This document shows, piece by piece, positions 38,193 to 48,618 of a DNA stretch of 64,000 nucleotides. Position 1 is the stretch's first letter; every line of letters starts with the position of its first letter. Under the pieces are notes generated by a model. That model was not told where the DNA came from. It searched no databases and saw nothing but the letters and a program-made list of their open reading frames with translations. The DNA comes from Actinomycetota bacterium (GTDB lineage Bacteria > Actinomycetota > Actinomycetes > Actinomycetales > Microbacteriaceae): the NCBI GenBank assembly GCA_039800845.1, contig JBDLQA010000020.1, positions 66-64,065 on the forward strand, in the 5' to 3' direction. The position numbers and the translations under genes are program-made.

Positions 38193-39137
38193 TTACTTTG
38201 CGGTGTACTGGTCAGTCAGTTCTTTGTAAAGGATGCTCGACAGGTAGCGCTCACCGAACGAAGGAATGATGACAACGATGTTCTTACCAGCAAACTCCGG
38301 ACGCTTCGAAACTTCGTTTGCAGCCCAGATCGCTGCACCGGAGGAGATACCTACGAGGATGCCCTCTTCGGTAGCGGTGCGACGAGCCCAGATGAACGAG
38401 TTCTCGTTTACGGCGTCGAATACTTCGTCGTAAACGGTGGTGTCCAGGATGGATGGAACGAAGTTAGGACCGATACCAGCTAGTGGGTGAGGGCCAGGGG
38501 CTCCACCCGAAAGGATTGGTGAGGCAGCAGGCTCAACAACGAAGATCTTTACGTCTGGGTTGAGTTCCTTCAAACGACGCCCGACACCAGTCACGGTTCC
38601 ACCGGTACCGGAACCAGCGACAACTGCGGCTACATCGCCGTCTAGGTCGCGCCAGATTTCCTCGGCAGTGGTCTCGCGGTGAATCTTTGGACCGGCTGGG
38701 TTGTCGAACTGACGAACCAGAACCGAACCCTCGATCTCCTTGCCGAGCTCCTCAGCCTTGTTCACTGCACCCTTCATGCCCTCTGGGCCCGGGGTCAGAA
38801 CTAGCTCAGCACCGTAAGCGCGCAGCAAAACCTTGCGCTCGGTGCTCATGGTCTCTGGCATGGTGAGGATTACGCGGTAGCCGCGGGCTGCACCAACCAT
38901 TGCAAGACCAATTCCGGTGTTACCACTTGTTGCCTCGATGATGGTTCCGCCGGCCTTTAGCTCGCCAGATTCCTCAGCTGCGTCAACCATAGCGATTGCC
39001 AGGCGGTCCTTGACCGAAGACGATGGGTTGTAGAACTCGAGCTTGGCGTAAACGTTAGCCTGACCCTCGATGACGCGGTTTAGGCGCACCAGAGGAGTAT
39101 TACCGAATGCCTCGGTGATGTTGTTGTAAATAGCCAT
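38193..39137 (-). CDS. cysK: Cysteine synthase A
   Basis: [14 protein letters not shown] (PLP Lys), [22 protein letters not shown]. Confidence 0.96.
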   Translation of the reverse strand: MAIYNNITEAFGNTPLVRLNRVIEGQANVYAKLEFYNPSSSVKDRLAIAMVDAAEESGELKAGGTIIEATSGNTGIGLAMVGAARGYRVILTMPETMSTERKVLLRAYGAELVLTPGPEGMKGAVNKAEELGKEIEGSVLVRQFDNPAGPKIHRETTAEEIWRDLDGDVAAVVAGSGTGGTVTGVGRRLKELNPDVKIFVVEPAASPILSGGAPGPHPLAGIGPNFVPSILDTTVYDEVFDAVNENSFIWARRTATEEGILVGISSGAAIWAANEVSKRPEFAGKNIVVIIPSFGERYLSSILYKELTDQYTAK

Positions 39138-39291
39138 GGGTTCCCCTAAGGAAGTGGTTTGCTGGTGTCAAAAGTTTATCTACAGGTTTTGTGGGAAAAC
39201 CCTTTGTTTCCTTCGGTTACAAGCCCGAAACTGTGAACTTCCTGACCTCAAACTTAAGAAAAAAATAAGGTTTGGCGCCTAGGTTCATTTC

Positions 39292-40752
39292 ATGCCCAAA
39301 TTTGCCCGCTCGCTAAGCACGCGTTTGCTTGTAGCCGGCCTTGCGGTCCTAGGCCTGGAACTGTGGCAGATCGGCCGTCCATCGATGTGGGCCGACGAAG
39401 TGGCGACTATCGCTGGCAGTAACCGGCCTTTCCTAGGCATTTTGCACATGCTGCAAACCATCGATGCCGTGCACGGAACTTATTACCTGTTCATCCACGC
39501 GCTGGGTCAGGTGGTTGGGTTTGGCACCATTGCCATCCGGGTGCCAAGCGCCGTGGCCATCGCTCTCACCAGCGTGATCGTCTTCAAAATTGTCCACACT
39601 TACTTCGGCGAGCGCCTTGCCTGGTTCGCGCTGGTCATTTGCGCTCTCTTGCCCCGCCTTGCCTGGGCCGCGCTTGAGGCGCGCTCGTACGCCATCGATG
39701 CCTTGCTTGGCGCTCTACTGATGTGGATTTTCCTGCTGCTGACTGAGCCGAACGCGAGCGGTAGGCGCGCAAAGTGGCTTTGGGTTGCGTATACCTTCAC
39801 CCTGGCGCTCTCGATGCACTTCTTCGTCTACATTGCGCTCTACGCGGGCACTCAGGGAATCTGGCTGCTCTGGCGCCGCAGAGACCTGTTCAAACGCTGG
39901 ATGACATCAACTTTGATCTCCGTAGCGGTTTCCGCCTACCTGATTGTCTGGGTGGTATTGGAGAAAGGGCAGGTGGGCTGGCTTCCGCCCATCAGTTCGG
40001 CCACAGCCATCGAGGTATTCGTCGGGCAGGCTTTCTGGGGCGACCTAGCCTTGGCGTTTGTGGCCAACGGGCTTATCGCGGCGGTTATTTTCGGAGCTCA
40101 TCACCGGAGCCGCTCTGTGAGCGATGCTCAACACCAGCTGATCCAACTTTTCGGCCTGGTAATCAGCGTGCCAAGCGCGATTGTCATCGTCTACTCGATT
40201 GTGGGCGGAAGTATCTACGACTCACGCTACTTCACCTTTAGTGCACCGATTGTGGCAATCTTGCTGGCCATTGCCGTGGACCAACTTTTCTCCAAGCGCA
40301 TGGCCTTTGCCGCCCTGGCGCTGATTGTGGGGCTCAGCCTTCCCGCGTACTTCCACTTCCGTTCCCTGGATGCAAAAGGCACGCACTGGAACTCCGTGGC
40401 CAAAATCATTGAGTCTCATTCCCAGCCGGGTGACGGCATTCTTTACACCGATTACGACCGCAAAAGCCCTAGCCAGAGCAGGTTGAAGATTGCTTTCCCT
40501 CACCAGCTCAGGAACATCACCGATTTGACGGCAGTGACCCCGTATTACAAGGCGCCAGGCCTTTACCCGGAGCGGGAGTCGATTGCTGCTGCGGGCCACA
40601 AGTTTGCTAGCTTTAAGCGCATCTTGGTCATCCAGGTGAGCTCCGAAAAGCGCGAGTTTGCCACGGTAAAGCGCATCCTCGCGCTTCATCATTTCAACCA
40701 GACCTCGCGCATCCACCTGTACAACACCTGGCTGCTCACCTTCACAAGGTGA
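39292..40752 (+). CDS. GT-C fold membrane glycosyltransferase (GT39/PMT_2 mannosyltransferase-like)
   Basis: SMWADE loop motif, DAVHGTYY, RVPS, EARSYA; about 11 TM helices. Confidence 0.8.
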   Translation: MPKFARSLSTRLLVAGLAVLGLELWQIGRPSMWADEVATIAGSNRPFLGILHMLQTIDAVHGTYYLFIHALGQVVGFGTIAIRVPSAVAIALTSVIVFKIVHTYFGERLAWFALVICALLPRLAWAALEARSYAIDALLGALLMWIFLLLTEPNASGRRAKWLWVAYTFTLALSMHFFVYIALYAGTQGIWLLWRRRDLFKRWMTSTLISVAVSAYLIVWVVLEKGQVGWLPPISSATAIEVFVGQAFWGDLALAFVANGLIAAVIFGAHHRSRSVSDAQHQLIQLFGLVISVPSAIVIVYSIVGGSIYDSRYFTFSAPIVAILLAIAVDQLFSKRMAFAALALIVGLSLPAYFHFRSLDAKGTHWNSVAKIIESHSQPGDGILYTDYDRKSPSQSRLKIAFPHQLRNITDLTAVTPYYKAPGLYPERESIAAAGHKFASFKRILVIQVSSEKREFATVKRILALHHFNQTSRIHLYNTWLLTFTR

Positions 40753-40828
40753 CAGCCTGCGCCTAGCCTCTGCAGGAAGCGCTAGCTGTTTAAGGCGGCT
40801 GTAAGGAGGCTGCGCCAGAATCTGTCCC

Positions 40829-42706
40829 ATGAAGCGTTGGCAATCACTTTCCTGGGCGAGCGGCTTGGCAGCCCTCATTGCACTAACCGCATTCAACGTT
40901 TTCTATAACCTTCAGCACGCAGAACGCAGTGGCTACTACGCGATGGTTGCAACCTCAATGAGCCGCAGCTGGCATAACGCCTTCTTTGGTGCTGCGGATC
41001 CTTCCGGTTTGCTTGCGCTGGACAAAATACCCGGGTCGTACTGGATTCCCGCGATTCTTGTGCACCTCATCGGCTTTCACAATGCCTCGGTCGTGGCTCC
41101 AAATGGGGTTGCCACGGTCATTGCCGTCATCATGATGAGCCTGGCCGGCAGGCGCATCGGTGGAATCTGGGTTGGACTTTTGTCTGGGCTGCTTTTTGCT
41201 TGCACTCCGATTGTCATCGCTGTGGCTCGTTCAAACGAGCCCGAAAGCGCATTTTTGCTTTCGATGTCCCTAACGGCCTACTTCATAACTGTTGCCTTAA
41301 AGTGGCGCACGCGCCTGGGTCTGACGCTGGCGGGCTTGGCCATCGCGCTGGCGTTCCAGCAGTATATGATCATGGCCTGGGCAGTTTGGCCAGCGCTTGC
41401 GATCGCGTGGTGGTTCACCGTCAGTTCAAGCAAAATCAGACGACTGCTGGACCTCGTCATCGCAGGAGCTATCTCAGCCTTTGCATCGGTGTTGTGGATT
41501 CTCGCAGTGTGGGCAACCCCTCAAAGTGAGCGGCCTTACATCGGTAACACCCTGCACAACAATCCCTGGGAAATGGTCTTTGGATACAACGCTTTGGGGC
41601 GTTTTGGCAACAGTGGCCAGATGGCGGGGCAGCGCAACAGTGGAAGCCTGACATTCAAAACGTTTACCCCGCCGTTTAGCGGCCACCCATCACTGATTCG
41701 GCTTTTCTACCATCAGGTGATCGGCCAAATCTCATGGCTCATTCCCGCCACCATAGTTGCGCTTATCTATTTAGCGATCCAGGGCAGGCGCAAGCAGTAT
41801 GTGCTGGCGTTCGGAGTCTGGTTCGGCACCTCACTGGTGATGTTCAGCGCAGTCTCGGGCATGCATCAGTACTACACCGCCACACTTGCCATCCCAATGA
41901 GTCTGCTAGTTGCAGTTGCAAGCTATGACGCTTACGTGGCAAAGCACCGATGGTGGCTGATTGGCCAAACCCTTGCCACAGCTGGCATGGCGATTCTGGT
42001 GGCTGCTCTAAACCCAACCTATTTACCTGTTTTGCCTTGGATTCAAGTTGCTCTCGCAATTGCGCTTGCCGCCTATGCAACCGCCGGGATCGCCGGCATC
42101 AGACCAGATTCGGGTGGATATCGCAAAGCAGGCGCCGTGCTTATGGTTGGCGCCCTCGTCTTCTCTCCGATGGTTTGGGCTCTAGATTCCATGAATCATC
42201 CATCATTCGTTAACCCGATGGCTGGCCCACCCGACACCTACACCACCAAGCTTGCCCATCACTCCGGACAAAACAGGGTTTTGAACGGCGGCGACGATAC
42301 CGGCAACTCAGCCAGCAGGGGAGCAGGGGCTAAATCGACTGCCATCTCTCACGCCAAAGTGCTCAACTGGATTCAGACCAGACCACACGGCAAATACTCG
42401 CTTGTGACATTTGGTGCGGATGCCGCCGCGCCATACGTAATTCTCAAGCGCACCATCAGCCGACACATCGATGTTCTCCCGATCGGTGGCTTCAATGGCA
42501 CCGATCCTGTACCCACTCTCGATGAGTTCAAAAAGCTGGTTAGGGAGCACCAAGTCAACTACGTGCTGATGGACAAATTCCTTGGCGATGAAAAGGCCTA
42601 CGGCTCTTTGGAATCCGCAAGAATCAAAAAATGGGTTGCTGCGAATTGCCGCAAGAATGAGACTCCGCCAGACAAGGTGACCCTGTTCTATTGCTGGGCG
42701 AGGTAA
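40829..42706 (+). CDS. GT-C fold ArnT/PMT-like glycosyltransferase
   Basis: YYA...SM..SWHNAFFGA.D, DK.PG, RPYIG, FGYNALGR, PIGGFNGTDP; multi-TM. Confidence 0.8.
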   Translation: MKRWQSLSWASGLAALIALTAFNVFYNLQHAERSGYYAMVATSMSRSWHNAFFGAADPSGLLALDKIPGSYWIPAILVHLIGFHNASVVAPNGVATVIAVIMMSLAGRRIGGIWVGLLSGLLFACTPIVIAVARSNEPESAFLLSMSLTAYFITVALKWRTRLGLTLAGLAIALAFQQYMIMAWAVWPALAIAWWFTVSSSKIRRLLDLVIAGAISAFASVLWILAVWATPQSERPYIGNTLHNNPWEMVFGYNALGRFGNSGQMAGQRNSGSLTFKTFTPPFSGHPSLIRLFYHQVIGQISWLIPATIVALIYLAIQGRRKQYVLAFGVWFGTSLVMFSAVSGMHQYYTATLAIPMSLLVAVASYDAYVAKHRWWLIGQTLATAGMAILVAALNPTYLPVLPWIQVALAIALAAYATAGIAGIRPDSGGYRKAGAVLMVGALVFSPMVWALDSMNHPSFVNPMAGPPDTYTTKLAHHSGQNRVLNGGDDTGNSASRGAGAKSTAISHAKVLNWIQTRPHGKYSLVTFGADAAAPYVILKRTISRHIDVLPIGGFNGTDPVPTLDEFKKLVREHQVNYVLMDKFLGDEKAYGSLESARIKKWVAANCRKNETPPDKVTLFYCWAR

Positions 42707-42716
42707 CCTGAAAGGT

Positions 42717-43400
42717 ATGACTGTGCAACCCCGATTCAATCGCCTACCTCACCTCAAGGCCTGGCTTCCTGTTGCTGTGATCAGCGTTCTGCTCACCTTG
42801 CTGAGCGGCTTGGTTGGAACCATGTCTTCTGTCAGGGACGCTGAGTTTGCCATTGACAAGGCCCTGAATTCTGGCGGAAATGGCTTCACCAACTTCTTGG
42901 CGGTCGCGGCATCGGAGGCTTACAGCCCTAAGTTTGCAATCCTGATCACCATCATGATTGCTCTGCTGGTCTGGCTGGTTGGCCGTTCCCGCCTGGATGC
43001 ACTCGCGTTCGCACTTACCGTCGGTTTCGGTTGGCTTCCTGCTCAGGCCTTCAAGATTCTCTTCAACGAGCCGCGCGCAGATGTCTCGTTTCTGGCCAAC
43101 CAGGTGATGCCTCAGGAAGTTGATGCCAGCTTCCCAAGTGGGCATGTTTGCTTCGCTATCGCAATCGGTTTTGCGCTGGTGTATTTGGCCCGCAAATCGC
43201 GCGCCAAGTGGGTTGCTCTGGCTTTCTGGGTGGTTTCCGTAATCGTTGAAATCTGGGCCCGCCTCTACGTGGGAGCCCATCTGCTAAATGACGTGGCGGG
43301 AAGCTTCTTCACCACTGTTCTGGGAATCGTCGTATTCGCTTACCTCTGGAACAAGTGGTTCAGCGTGCGCCTTCAGGCCACCAAACTATTCCGCAAATAG
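42717..43400 (+). CDS. PAP2 family membrane phosphatase
   Basis: K...PR, SFPSGH, RLYVGAH..D motifs. Confidence 0.88.
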   Translation: MTVQPRFNRLPHLKAWLPVAVISVLLTLLSGLVGTMSSVRDAEFAIDKALNSGGNGFTNFLAVAASEAYSPKFAILITIMIALLVWLVGRSRLDALAFALTVGFGWLPAQAFKILFNEPRADVSFLANQVMPQEVDASFPSGHVCFAIAIGFALVYLARKSRAKWVALAFWVVSVIVEIWARLYVGAHLLNDVAGSFFTTVLGIVVFAYLWNKWFSVRLQATKLFRK

Positions 43401-43433
43401 CCTCAAAGCCCTGGGGATCATCCCCGATAAAGC

Positions 43434-43467
43434 AAAAGACCCCGGTCGAAGACTGGGGTCTTTTTTT
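43434..43467. terminator. Intrinsic terminator between PAP2 and tRNA-Leu
   Basis: AAAAGACCCCGGTC-GAA-GACTGGGGTCTTTTTTT. Confidence 0.85.
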
Positions 43468-43490
43468 CAGCCAAACTAGCCTTGCTGTTG

Positions 43491-43573
43491 TGTCCGAAAG
43501 GGGACTTGAACCCCTACCCTCTATCGAGGACTAGCACCTCAAGCTAGCGCGTCTGCCATTCCGCCACCCGGAC
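43491..43573 (-). tRNA. tRNA-Leu(GAG)
   Basis: GTCCGGG acceptor stem, TGGCGGAATGGCAGACGC D-arm, CTAGC-TTGAGGT-GCTAG anticodon arm, long variable arm, GGTTCAAGTCC T-loop; CCA not encoded. Confidence 0.96.
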
Positions 43574-43637
43574 AGGTGAGCGCCTTTATTTAGGCAACCT
43601 CTAGAGTCTACCAGAAAACTGGGGTAGCGTGATGTGT

Positions 43638-43850
43638 ATGGCTCAAGATTCAAGATTCGCACTAAAGCAGTTCACCGCAGCACTCGAGAAGCACTTCGAG
43701 GCGGTTGCCGCTCGTCGCGGACCTGAAGATCTCTCGGTAGATCAGGCATTTTTCCAGCTGGAAGACGCTTTCTTGAACTACCAGGAGGCAATGGCGGAAG
43801 AGTTCGAAGAGGACCTTCCATTTGACCTTCTCGAAGGTGAAGACGACTAG
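43638..43850 (+). CDS. Small acidic hypothetical protein
   Basis: 70-aa helical acidic ORF; TAGCGT -10 box 7 nt upstream of ATG. Confidence 0.7.
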   Translation: MAQDSRFALKQFTAALEKHFEAVAARRGPEDLSVDQAFFQLEDAFLNYQEAMAEEFEEDLPFDLLEGEDD

Positions 43851-44764
43851 TTTTCGTCTTCAGCCGATGGATTTTCCTCGGCTTTTCCAGGCTCCGTGCT
43901 TTCGTTCTTAGGCGTCTCGTTTGACGACTGACGCAGGAACTTCTCAAACTCGCTAGCTAGCAGGTCTGCACTGCCTTCGCTTTCCTGGAGTTCATCGCGC
44001 GCCTTTTCAAGCTGCTGAATGTAGCCAGCCATTTCTTCATCGGCTTCGGCGATTTCATCGATGCCGCGCTCCCAAGAAAAAGCCTCTTCCGCAAGCGTTC
44101 CGTGGTCGAAAGTGATTCCCAGAATGCGTTCAATCTCGGTTAGTACTGCAAGCGTGACCTTTGGCGAAGGGCTCTGGTGAACGTATGCCGGAACCTGAGC
44201 CCAAAGGTTGATGGTGGGGACGTTTAGTTCCTCGAGCGCCTGACTCAGCACGGTAAGGATGCCCACCGGGCCTTCGTAATCGCTCTTTTCAACGTCAAAC
44301 TGGTGACGCACGTCCTCGTGCTGGCTGAAAGTCATGACCTTGATTGGCCTGGTGTGCGGAACATCGGCAATCATCGAACCAACAAACACCACGGCCTGGA
44401 TGTCTCGGTCCTCTATGATTTCCAAAATCTCGGCAGCAAAGGCACGCCAGCGCAGTGCCGGTTCAATACCAATCAAAAGGAACAGGTTGGCTACCTCGGG
44501 GCGAGCAACGATGCTTTCAACACCCGGTGCCAATAGCTCAGTGGCAGGCCAGCGAATCTGGCGGTTGCCCTCTTCATCGAAGAAGACCTGCGGGCGGGCG
44601 TAGTGAAACTCCGCGTACTCTTCAGGGTCAATCACCTGAACCGAATCGGCATCGATTTGATCCGCAATCATCTTCAACGCCTGGGTTGCGGCCTCGGCGG
44701 CATCATTCCAGCCTTCAAATGCGACAAGAAGGGTGCGCTGGGAGAAAATTGGAAGCTGATTCAC
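43847..44764 (-). CDS. PAC2 family (proteasome assembly chaperone-like) protein
   Basis: AFEGWNDA, GIEP..RW, DVPHTRP, YEGPVGI, WAQVP. Confidence 0.9.
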   Translation of the reverse strand: MNQLPIFSQRTLLVAFEGWNDAAEAATQALKMIADQIDADSVQVIDPEEYAEFHYARPQVFFDEEGNRQIRWPATELLAPGVESIVARPEVANLFLLIGIEPALRWRAFAAEILEIIEDRDIQAVVFVGSMIADVPHTRPIKVMTFSQHEDVRHQFDVEKSDYEGPVGILTVLSQALEELNVPTINLWAQVPAYVHQSPSPKVTLAVLTEIERILGITFDHGTLAEEAFSWERGIDEIAEADEEMAGYIQQLEKARDELQESEGSADLLASEFEKFLRQSSNETPKNESTEPGKAEENPSAEDEN

Positions 44765-44866
44765 TTTGCTTTTACCTCTGCTCGGTTCCTTTTAACTCTA
44801 GAGGGGGTGGGGTACATCTATTGTTCGGGACTAACACCGTTCTCTCACAGGTAAAATTGAGCCATC

Positions 44867-45541
44867 ATGACTCTTTCCCTCAAAACTGCCGCTGTCCTCT
44901 GGGACCTAGACGGCACACTCGTGGAAAGCGAAGGCTACTGGGCGCTGGCCGAGAAGGACCTCGCTGATCGCTATCCGGGGGAGTGGACACATGAAGACGG
45001 CCTGGCGCTGACCGGCCTAAGTCTCCCTGTTTCCTGCCAAATAATGCGAGACAAAATGGGCATCACCGACATCTCTGTAGAGGAGATGATCGAGGAACTT
45101 ACCGACGGCGTGCTGAAGCACCTCACCAAAGAAGTTCACTGGCGCCCGGGCGCACTGGAACTTACCACCAAACTCCACGAAGCCGGCGTCAGGCAGGCGA
45201 TCGTAACTATGTCCATCCGCCGCATGGCTCTAACCGTCCGCGATGAAGCGCACGCAGCCACCGGGCTGGAGCTCTTCGACCTAGTGGTTGCTGGCGACGA
45301 CGTAAAAGAAGGCAAACCACACCCGGAGGCGTACCTGCTGGCGGCATCCCAGTTGGGCCTTTCGCCAGAAGAATGCGTAGCAATCGAAGACTCCCTGAAC
45401 GGACTAACTTCGGCCGAAGCCGCGGGAACTAGGGCACTGGGCATTCCAAACGTGGTGGAGCTGCCGGCGGTACCGGGCCGAAACCTGTGGCCAACGCTGG
45501 TCGGCGTGGAACCACACCACCTCAACGAACTTTTCAACTAA
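44867..45541 (+). CDS. HAD family phosphatase
   Basis: WDLDGTLVES, KPHPEAY, IEDS. Confidence 0.9.
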   Translation: MTLSLKTAAVLWDLDGTLVESEGYWALAEKDLADRYPGEWTHEDGLALTGLSLPVSCQIMRDKMGITDISVEEMIEELTDGVLKHLTKEVHWRPGALELTTKLHEAGVRQAIVTMSIRRMALTVRDEAHAATGLELFDLVVAGDDVKEGKPHPEAYLLAASQLGLSPEECVAIEDSLNGLTSAEAAGTRALGIPNVVELPAVPGRNLWPTLVGVEPHHLNELFN

Positions 45542-45566
45542 AACTTACAATCCCGAAGGATCCCCG

Positions 45567-46574
45567 ATGACCGAGAACCACTACACCGAGCTGCCACGCG
45601 GCCCATTCCGCGCCGGCGACCGCGTGCAGCTAACCGGCCCTAAGGGCAAGCTAAACACCATCACCCTGGTTCCAGGTGGCTCATTCGGCACCCACCGAGG
45701 AGACCTCAAGCATGACTCCATCATCGGTCTGGAAGAGGGATCGGTAGTTAGCACCGCAGCCGGCACCGAGTTCCTCGCATTCCGCCCGCTGCTCAGCGAC
45801 TTCGCTCTATCGATGCCTCGCGGCGCTGCAATCATTTATCCAAAAGACTCAGCACTGATTGTGACCATGGGTGACATTTACCCTGGTGCCCGAGTGATTG
45901 AAGCTGGCGTTGGTTCTGGCGGATTGAGCATGTACCTACTGCGCGCCATCGGACCAACCGGAAAACTGGATTCCTTCGAGCGTCGCGAAGAGTTCGCATC
46001 CATCGCCAAGGCAAATATCACAACTCACTTCGGCGCCATGCCGGCCAACTGGGATGTCCACCTTGGTGACCTGCAGGAAGAGCTGCCGAAGAAGATCAAG
46101 CCGGCAAGCGTTGACCGTGTTGTGTTGGACATGCTTGCCCCTTGGGAGTGCGTGGATGAGGCCGCGGAAGCCCTAGTCCCAGGTGGTCTCTTCGTGGGCT
46201 ATGTGGCAACTGTCACGCAGCTATCGCGCCTGTCCGAAGAGCTAAAGTCCAGCGGCCACTTCAACGAACCTGAGGCCTTTGAGTCGATGGTTCGCGACTG
46301 GCACCTGCAGGGCCTGGCAGTGCGCCCGGAGCACCGAATGATCGGCCACACCGGCTTCCTCATCGTTGCCCGCCGCCTCAACCCAGGAACCGTGCTGCCA
46401 CAGTTCAAGACCCGCAACAAGCCTGAGTTCGCCGATGAAGACATCGCGGTCTGGAACCCAGATCACCTTGGCCAGCGCCGCATCAGCGACAAAAAGCTGC
46501 GCAAGACCGTTCGCAACGCGGAAGCAGCAGCCCAGGCCCGCATCGATGACGCTACAGAATCCGTTCAGGATTAG
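45567..46574 (+). CDS. trmI: tRNA (adenine58-N1)-methyltransferase
   Basis: MPRGAAIIYPKD, EAGVGSG, LDMLAPW, HTGFL. Confidence 0.93.
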   Translation: MTENHYTELPRGPFRAGDRVQLTGPKGKLNTITLVPGGSFGTHRGDLKHDSIIGLEEGSVVSTAAGTEFLAFRPLLSDFALSMPRGAAIIYPKDSALIVTMGDIYPGARVIEAGVGSGGLSMYLLRAIGPTGKLDSFERREEFASIAKANITTHFGAMPANWDVHLGDLQEELPKKIKPASVDRVVLDMLAPWECVDEAAEALVPGGLFVGYVATVTQLSRLSEELKSSGHFNEPEAFESMVRDWHLQGLAVRPEHRMIGHTGFLIVARRLNPGTVLPQFKTRNKPEFADEDIAVWNPDHLGQRRISDKKLRKTVRNAEAAAQARIDDATESVQD

Positions 46575-46616
46575 TCGGTAAACTTACACTCAAATCGGAA
46601 AACGAAGGTTAGTCTT

Positions 46617-47606
46617 TTGCGCAAAATCATCAGCATGGCAGCAGCCGCACTCATCGCAGTTACCAGCCTCACCGGCTGCTCGGCTGCAGCGGCAAAGGTA
46701 AGCACAGCACTCGATGCACCTATGGTCTGCAAGCACTTCGTGACCGGCAGCACCGCCGACCAAATCACCGCAAAGGTGCCAGCAACCGGCGAGCCAACCC
46801 TGTCTTTCCCAACCCCGCTCACCACCACCAAGAGCGAGACCAAGGTCCTGGTTGCAGGTACCGGCCCACGCTTCGGTGGCGCACAGCAGATCACCTTTGA
46901 ATACCAGAGCTACAACGCCGGCACCGGCGCCAAGCTGCAGGGCACCAAGTGGGACGGCACCGATGCCGTGTCGCAGGTTGTTGCCAAGGCAGCTACGGGT
47001 TCCGCAAACTTCTGTGACGCCCTCGCTGGTGTGCGCGAAGGCTCGGTCGTGGCAACCATCATCTCAGCCAAGGATTCCCACGGCGGCAAGGCATACCCAA
47101 CTTCCGGAATCGGTAAGAACGACTCCATCATCTTTGTTTTCAAGCTTCTGAAGGTCTTCCTGCCTAAGGCGCAGGGAACCCAGCAGCCTGCCGAGGACGG
47201 CTTCCCTCAGGTCGTCACTAACGCGGACGGCGCACCAGGTTTGGTCATGGCCAACTGGGATGCCAGCGCGGCTCCAACCGATTTCAAGTCAGAAACTCTT
47301 ATTCAGGGCAAGGGCCCGACCATCAAGATGGGCGACACCGTAACCGTTCACTACTCGGGTTACATCTGGAGCACCGCCAAGACCATGTTCGATTCCTCGT
47401 GGAGCAAGGGCACTCCGGCAACCTTCCAGCTGCAGACCGGTGCTCTCATCCCAGGCTTCATCAAGGCACTGGTTGGTCAGCACGTAGGCTCGCAGGTTGT
47501 TGCGGTTCTGCCACCGGCGTATGGTTACGGCACCAGCGGTGCTGGCAGCATCCCTGCCAACTCCACCCTGATCTTCGTCATCGACATCCTGGGCAAGGGC
47601 AAGTAA
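46617..47606 (+). CDS. FKBP-type peptidyl-prolyl isomerase lipoprotein (two FKBP domains)
   Basis: Lipobox LTGC; VHYSG, FDSSW, LIPGF, PPAYGYG, TLIFVIDIL. Confidence 0.9.
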   Translation: MRKIISMAAAALIAVTSLTGCSAAAAKVSTALDAPMVCKHFVTGSTADQITAKVPATGEPTLSFPTPLTTTKSETKVLVAGTGPRFGGAQQITFEYQSYNAGTGAKLQGTKWDGTDAVSQVVAKAATGSANFCDALAGVREGSVVATIISAKDSHGGKAYPTSGIGKNDSIIFVFKLLKVFLPKAQGTQQPAEDGFPQVVTNADGAPGLVMANWDASAAPTDFKSETLIQGKGPTIKMGDTVTVHYSGYIWSTAKTMFDSSWSKGTPATFQLQTGALIPGFIKALVGQHVGSQVVAVLPPAYGYGTSGAGSIPANSTLIFVIDILGKGK

Positions 47607-47646
47607 CCTAACCCGTAAGCGCAATTCACCAGAGACGGGGGAATCG

Positions 47647-48618
47647 ATGTCTGACAGGATTTCGCCTTCGGAACGTCAGCTGAACCTGACATTCGCTCTG
47701 CTGCGAAGCCCAAGAGGCCTGACTCTGCGTGAAGTGGTCTCTACTGTCCCCGGATACGGCTACCTGAAGACTCCAACCGAGGCTTCCAAGGCGCAGTTCA
47801 CCCGTGACAAGAACGACATTCGCAAGGCCGGAATCGTTCTTGAGCAGGTGACTGAACCGGGTTTCGAAACGGACAATCAGCTGTACCGCTACCGGGTTGC
47901 CAGCCGAACCTTTGCCTGGCCGGAAAACTTCCACCCGACCGCCCTGCAAACCCGCCTACTTGAGCTTGCCGCCCAGTGCTGGCAGGACATCAGCCTCACT
48001 GATGAACTCCAGATGGCCATGACCCGCTTGGTCGCCTTAGGCGACGTACCGGACCGTCAAGCCATCGCAGAACTGGTGCCAAGTTTCCGCCCGCTTGACG
48101 CCGCGTTTGGCCCTATTGCTGCAGCCATAGAAGACCAACTGTCCATCACCTTCAACTACCGCAAGGCGGGTTCCACCACCGTGGAATCGCGCTTTATCAG
48201 CCCTTGGCGCTTCCTGAATATCGAAGGTGAATGGTTGATTCAGGGCTGGGATCACGACCGCGAAGACACCCGCAACTTCTTGCTGAAGCGAATCGTGGAT
48301 AAGAACGTGAAGGTCAGCAAGAGCGATGACCCTTACGTCGAGGCCACCGATGAACTGCTGCGCCTTGCCGACGCAGACCTTGAGAAGTTCCGCGCGGAAA
48401 ACATCGCGGTGATTGAGGTAACACCAAACACTGCGGCCTGGAGTCATTTCGAGATGGACTTTGAGGAATCGACCACCAAGACTCTGCGCTACATGGACAA
48501 AGAGCTTCTGGCCATTCAGTTGCGAAGGTTCGGTTCACAGCTTCGCGTTGTGGAACCCCAGCAACTGGCCGATGAAATTGCCGCCGGACTAAAGAAGGTG
48601 GCGGCCGCTCATGCCTAA
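47647..48618 (+). CDS. pafB: WYL-domain transcriptional regulator PafB
   Basis: N-terminal wHTH (ERQLNL..AL, F.RDK), WYL domain (WLIQGWD..R...RNF); synteny with pafC-tatAC. Confidence 0.85.
   Translation: MSDRISPSERQLNLTFALLRSPRGLTLREVVSTVPGYGYLKTPTEASKAQFTRDKNDIRKAGIVLEQVTEPGFETDNQLYRYRVASRTFAWPENFHPTALQTRLLELAAQCWQDISLTDELQMAMTRLVALGDVPDRQAIAELVPSFRPLDAAFGPIAAAIEDQLSITFNYRKAGSTTVESRFISPWRFLNIEGEWLIQGWDHDREDTRNFLLKRIVDKNVKVSKSDDPYVEATDELLRLADADLEKFRAENIAVIEVTPNTAAWSHFEMDFEESTTKTLRYMDKELLAIQLRRFGSQLRVVEPQQLADEIAAGLKKVAAAHA

Noticed and set aside
43400-43573. tRNA-Leu as attachment site of a prophage or ICE
   Set aside because: No integrase and no duplicated tRNA 3' end seen in the window.
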